From NCBI GenBank assembly GCA_021157925.1, contig JAGGVR010000147.1, positions 1 to 60,836 on the forward strand: a stretch of DNA of 60,836 nt. The letters run 5' to 3'. Both the position numbers and the translations under genes were made by a program. The DNA comes from Staphylothermus sp. GTDB taxonomy: Archaea > Thermoproteota > Thermoprotei_A > Sulfolobales > Desulfurococcaceae. Shown piece after piece: positions 57,359 to 60,836 of this stretch (within the stretch, counting starts at the first letter, position 1; each line of letters opens with the position of its first letter). The notes below the pieces were generated by a model that was not told where the DNA came from, searched no databases, and was given only the letters and a program-made list of their open reading frames with translations.

Positions 57359-58207
57359 TTGGTCCTTAATGCATTTAGAAATCTTATTCTCATTATTCTC
57401 TTATTTGCAATCATTCCCACAATGTATGGTATTACTCAACATATTCAAGTCCAATCCGATGCTGAAAACAGTTCTACGACCAGCTATACCGGTAACAATA
57501 CACCGAAAACCAACAATACAAATATTTATTGTATCGATAAAGATAAGGTTATCGAAGCAATCCTCAATAACCCCACAGTAAGAGATGTGATCAACAGACT
57601 CAAAATAAAAATCGATAAAGAATCCATAAGAATAGAAAAAATTAACAAAACTAATAACGGCATAGAAATCAGTATCTTACTAAATAGTACGAGTGATAGT
57701 CAATTTGCCCTTAAAGTCAAATGTCTAGTCAACCAAAACTCGAATCTCATAAAAATTCTACAAGTATCACCAATAGTAAAACCATTAACTTATAACAGCG
57801 ATAGACTCAGCACGTCTAAAGCAAAGAAATTGTTAAAAAGAATCGACGTACTTAAGAAAATATATTATGATCCAAGAGTATATAAAATCATGAAAAAATA
57901 CAATATATCATTCAAAGACTTCGTTGAGGCAACTAAATCTGTTGGACTTGAAGGCAATAAGACATATGACACTCTTTCGATACAAATGTTCATTTATGTA
58001 ATACACAAAGGGAACACTACAATATATATTGTTGATAAACCAAGTACATATGAAAAATTCCATAACATGTCTTTCTGTCCCCCAGTAATATGGATAGATA
58101 TTCAATTCTACAACGAGCAAAATACAGTAGAAGTAACAGGTGTTCTTGAAGATAGTTTTTATATGGATCCAAGATGTTTCCTCGGTCCAATGATGCCTAA
58201 GAAGTGA
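57359..58207 (+). CDS. Hypothetical secreted/anchored protein
   Basis: TTG start, N-terminal NLILIILLFAIIPTMYGI, and an Asn/Thr-rich segment. No recognisable domain. Confidence 0.45.
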   Translation: MVLNAFRNLILIILLFAIIPTMYGITQHIQVQSDAENSSTTSYTGNNTPKTNNTNIYCIDKDKVIEAILNNPTVRDVINRLKIKIDKESIRIEKINKTNNGIEISILLNSTSDSQFALKVKCLVNQNSNLIKILQVSPIVKPLTYNSDRLSTSKAKKLLKRIDVLKKIYYDPRVYKIMKKYNISFKDFVEATKSVGLEGNKTYDTLSIQMFIYVIHKGNTTIYIVDKPSTYEKFHNMSFCPPVIWIDIQFYNEQNTVEVTGVLEDSFYMDPRCFLGPMMPKK

Positions 58208-58343
58208 GAATGTATGAAGAAAAAATATAACTTCGATATTATTAATAAGCATTCTCATTCTTACGAATTCATTTGGTATAGTCAACATATCATATAGTCA
58301 GATAAATTCCTATAGTGAATCGATAAACTGGTCTGGATATATA

Positions 58344-58979
58344 TTGTACGATAAACCATATACTAATTCTTACATAAATGGGGTTCTATCAAGTGCATAT
58401 ATAAAAACAATCAATAAATTCGACAATGAGAATCATGGTGGGTTTTCTGTATGGGCGGGTATATCACCAAATCCGGAAGGTCTCGAATTATTTCAAGGAG
58501 GTTATCATGCATTTTACTCTCCCACTTCTACAGAAAGTATTGCTAAAAGATATTATATTTTTGTAATGCATTATATTGCTGGATCTAATAATTGTACATT
58601 TAGAGCAACCCAAGTTTCTCCTAATCAAGAAGTAAATATCATTATTACACAATGGGGCGATACTCCATGGCATTATTTAGTTGAAGTTGTCGCTGATGAT
58701 AAATATGTTGTTTTTGACGAAGATGCAGTAGCTGGTCAAAGATTAAGGTATGCTACTTTTATTACGGAAATCCCTCCTGAATCCCCTCCAGCTATACCAG
58801 CTGATAATTATGTTACTCAGTATGATATGTACTTGTTTACAGATATAGGCCAACATAATGCTAGTTATTATATACAACAAGGATGGTATATAAGAGACTA
58901 TTTAGTACGCGATGATATAGAGGTGTGGCCATATTTCTTTGAGTCTAGTAATACAATAAAGTATGTCTTCCGCTACTAA
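58344..58979 (+). CDS. Peptidase G1 (eqolisin / scytalidoglutamic peptidase)-like protein. The frame is open from 58218, and the ATG plus signal peptide are displaced by a frameshift.
   Basis: The motif order NWSGY .. FSVWAGIS .. ELFQGGY .. YATFITEIP parallels NWAG / WVGIDG / ILQTG (Gln) / AEWIVE (Glu) of G1 peptidases, as I remember them. Confidence 0.5.
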   Translation: MYDKPYTNSYINGVLSSAYIKTINKFDNENHGGFSVWAGISPNPEGLELFQGGYHAFYSPTSTESIAKRYYIFVMHYIAGSNNCTFRATQVSPNQEVNIIITQWGDTPWHYLVEVVADDKYVVFDEDAVAGQRLRYATFITEIPPESPPAIPADNYVTQYDMYLFTDIGQHNASYYIQQGWYIRDYLVRDDIEVWPYFFESSNTIKYVFRY

Positions 58980-59083
58980 ATATTGCAAATTAGAATCATA
59001 ATCCAAATATTTTTCAATACTATTTTTGAAAAGTAAAAATTAAAGCAAAACTAATATAAAAAGAAAGGAAAAAGATGTTGTTT

Positions 59084-60328
59084 TTATAATTCTTCTTCGA
59101 AGTGTATGGCTCTTGTTGGGCATACGCTAGTGCAGAGTCCGCATCCGTAGCATTTATGTATGTTTACTGATGCTACTCTCTTTCCTTTCTCATTAACTAT
59201 TACATGTACGGCGTCGTAGTCACATACTTGTTCACAGAATCCGCATCCAATACACTTCTTCTCATCAACAACTGGTGGTTTTGCCCAAACCCTTCTCGGC
59301 TCTGGTTTTAGGTATTTCAGTGCTTTTCCTTTGATGTCGAGTATGCTGTCGTATCCATGCCTCTTTAGCCAATCCTTTATTTCTTTCTCGATTCTTCTGA
59401 ATACGCCGAATCCTTCCACCAAAGCCGCTGTACATATTTGTACAGCAGATGCTCCAGCCATAAAGTACTCGATAACATCTGTTCCTTTACTAATGCCGCC
59501 GACACCAATGATGGGGAGCTTAGTGTTCTTAGCTGCCTCAGCTACTACTGCTAGAGCTAATGGTTTGAGTGCGGGGCCGCTCATCCATCCATAACCGTTT
59601 GGTCCACCAACTATTGGTAGACCTGTTTCTATATCTATGTGTAGTGCTGGTCCAATAGTGTTTGTAGCAACTATTCCGTCAACACCTACTTTTTCCAGCT
59701 CCTTTACAAGCTCTGGTATATTTGGTGTGAATGGGCTTAATTTAGCGAAGATAGGAATATCAACTACTTCTCTTAGAGCCTTAGCTGCTTCTACTACTGG
59801 TCTATAGTCTTTTCCAATATAGTGTGTTGAGAACTCAATAGCATTTGCACCAGCCTTCTGACATTTGGGTCCAAGCAGTTGTAGTTCTTCTGGTTTATAA
59901 CCAATACTGATAATGAATGGTACACCGTGTTTCTCAGCATATTCTTTGACTATTGGGTATTCTCTCTCGAAATAGTGTTCAGCAGGTACATCGCTCCAGA
60001 GCTCAGCATTTAGTAGAGCATATATGAATCTATAGTTGCCACTATCAGCGTTTACGATCCTAATGTCTCCTGGTCCAAAGGTTTTTAGTATTTGAGCTCT
60101 GACAAGGCCACGATCAACGACACCCATACTTGGTCTGGGAACAATTGCTGGTTTAACGCTGATAGTCTTTGCAACAACTGCTCCAACACCATGATCGATC
60201 AATAGTTTCATCATTTCAGCATCTCTAGATACTGGGCAAGCAGCGTTCATTAATGGGTTTTTCATTTTCAATCCAGCAATCTCTACTTCGAGACTCACCA
60301 TGCTACCATCCCAGAACATATTGTACAC
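59084..60328 (-). CDS. Dihydroorotate/dihydropyrimidine dehydrogenase-family flavoprotein with a C-terminal 2x[4Fe-4S] ferredoxin domain (PreA-like)
   Basis: TIM-barrel motifs LKMKNPLMNAAC, ..ATNTIGP.., ..GVGGI... C-terminal CIGCGFCEQVC ... CYGCGLCTSVCP. The start may be Met at 60301. Confidence 0.8.
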   Translation of the reverse strand: MYNMFWDGSMVSLEVEIAGLKMKNPLMNAACPVSRDAEMMKLLIDHGVGAVVAKTISVKPAIVPRPSMGVVDRGLVRAQILKTFGPGDIRIVNADSGNYRFIYALLNAELWSDVPAEHYFEREYPIVKEYAEKHGVPFIISIGYKPEELQLLGPKCQKAGANAIEFSTHYIGKDYRPVVEAAKALREVVDIPIFAKLSPFTPNIPELVKELEKVGVDGIVATNTIGPALHIDIETGLPIVGGPNGYGWMSGPALKPLALAVVAEAAKNTKLPIIGVGGISKGTDVIEYFMAGASAVQICTAALVEGFGVFRRIEKEIKDWLKRHGYDSILDIKGKALKYLKPEPRRVWAKPPVVDEKKCIGCGFCEQVCDYDAVHVIVNEKGKRVASVNIHKCYGCGLCTSVCPTRAIHFEEEL

Positions 60329-60431
60329 TATAATATATTCGACTCAACAAGAATAAAAACAGTATTATCGAAGAACCCAAATAACATTCCTGAAATAACG
60401 TTGAAAAACACCTGCATAGAATAGTAGAAAA

Positions 60432-60488
60432 TGGATGATGAAGGCCAGGACAACAGATAGTTAGTGAAGAATACCCTTGTTACTGACT
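60432..60488 (+). ncRNA. Box C/D guide sRNA with canonical archaeal architecture
   Basis: C box AUGAUGA (60435-60441), 12-nt guide, D' CAGA (60454-60457), 6-nt spacer, C' GUGAAGA (60464-60470), 12-nt guide, D box CUGA (60483-60486). It lies in a 268-nt intergenic spacer. Confidence 0.7.
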
Positions 60489-60596
60489 CTCTATAAGATA
60501 ATATTTACAAAGAACAGAACAACCTATGAATAATTTAATGAATTGATAAAAAGAAATTTGTTTATCAGGGATCTCTTAATAAAATCCTTGTTGTTT

Positions 60597-60785
60597 TTAG
60601 CCACAGATTGGGTAGTCGTCTGGAACCTTTGCTCTAAAGTATTTGCCTGTCTCGGGGTCCTGGAATAATCCTACCTTAACTCCCTTCCTGCCTTTGGGGC
60701 TTAATTGCCATACCTTCTTGGGAACAAGTTCTACTTCTTTCCCGCTGGGTGTCCTGACCTTGACAGGGTCTTTGCATGCTGCCAT
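60597..60785 (-). CDS. creN7: Chromatin protein Cren7
   Basis: [60 protein letters not shown] is near-collinear with Sulfolobus Cren7 as I remember it. GGTGAT SD 5 nt upstream of ATG 60785. Confidence 0.9.
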   Translation of the reverse strand: MAACKDPVKVRTPSGKEVELVPKKVWQLSPKGRKGVKVGLFQDPETGKYFRAKVPDDYPICG

Positions 60786-60836
60786 TTTTATCACCATTAT
60801 TTTTATAGAGTGTTATGGGATATATAACTTTTACTC

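Noticed and set aside
1-60836. A search by eye for CRISPR repeats, tRNA/rRNA genes, transposases, integrases or terminal inverted repeats.
   Set aside because: I saw none. The only GC-rich non-coding island is the H/ACA-like hairpin, there are no regularly spaced direct repeats, and no ORF has transposase or integrase motifs. A proper tRNAscan/Infernal/CRISPR scan was not possible here.

Overview
This is an AT-rich, densely coded archaeal chromosome segment, and the marker genes point to a hyperthermophilic crenarchaeon. They are Cren7 chromatin protein at 60597-60785, archaeal two-subunit PheRS (pheS, pheT), an archaeal type-II GAPDH plus PGK pair, and GGTGA-type Shine-Dalgarno motifs. I cannot assign a genus from sequence alone.

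Content is mostly housekeeping and metabolic:
- a GH4 glycosidase / GNAT / GPH-transporter sugar locus
- an enolase-superfamily (OSBS/NSAR-like) plus GNAT pair
- a five-gene Opp/Dpp-type ABC transporter
- a radical-SAM plus Nre-like putative repair pair
- ferredoxin and cysteine synthase
- a three-subunit molybdenum hydroxylase
- a three-gene glycerol-3-phosphate-dehydrogenase-like cluster
- a pheS / HARP (protein-only RNase P) / NSUN methyltransferase / radical-SAM operon
- an alpha-glucan phosphorylase and a SufBD-like protein
- several orphan secreted or membrane-anchored proteins

I found no rRNA, tRNA, CRISPR array or recognisable mobile element.

Observations worth a second look:
1. An unusually high density of gene-disrupting lesions. 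Four frameshifts sit exactly on 6-nt mononucleotide runs, and three of them uncouple a signal peptide or membrane anchor from a surface protein. There is one further frameshift, two in-frame TAG codons in a PiT phosphate transporter, and an ATA where a Mo-hydroxylase subunit should have its start codon.
2. Three small structured RNAs not in the ORF track: a canonical C/D box sRNA, a GC-rich H/ACA-like hairpin, and a weaker C/D-like element.
3. A family-5 substrate-binding protein that looks circularly permuted.
4. Orphan modules: a divergent beta-propeller pair, a wHTH fused to a repeat domain, and an eqolisin-like peptidase cluster.

All calls come from reading the sequence and translations by eye. 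No database search was run.
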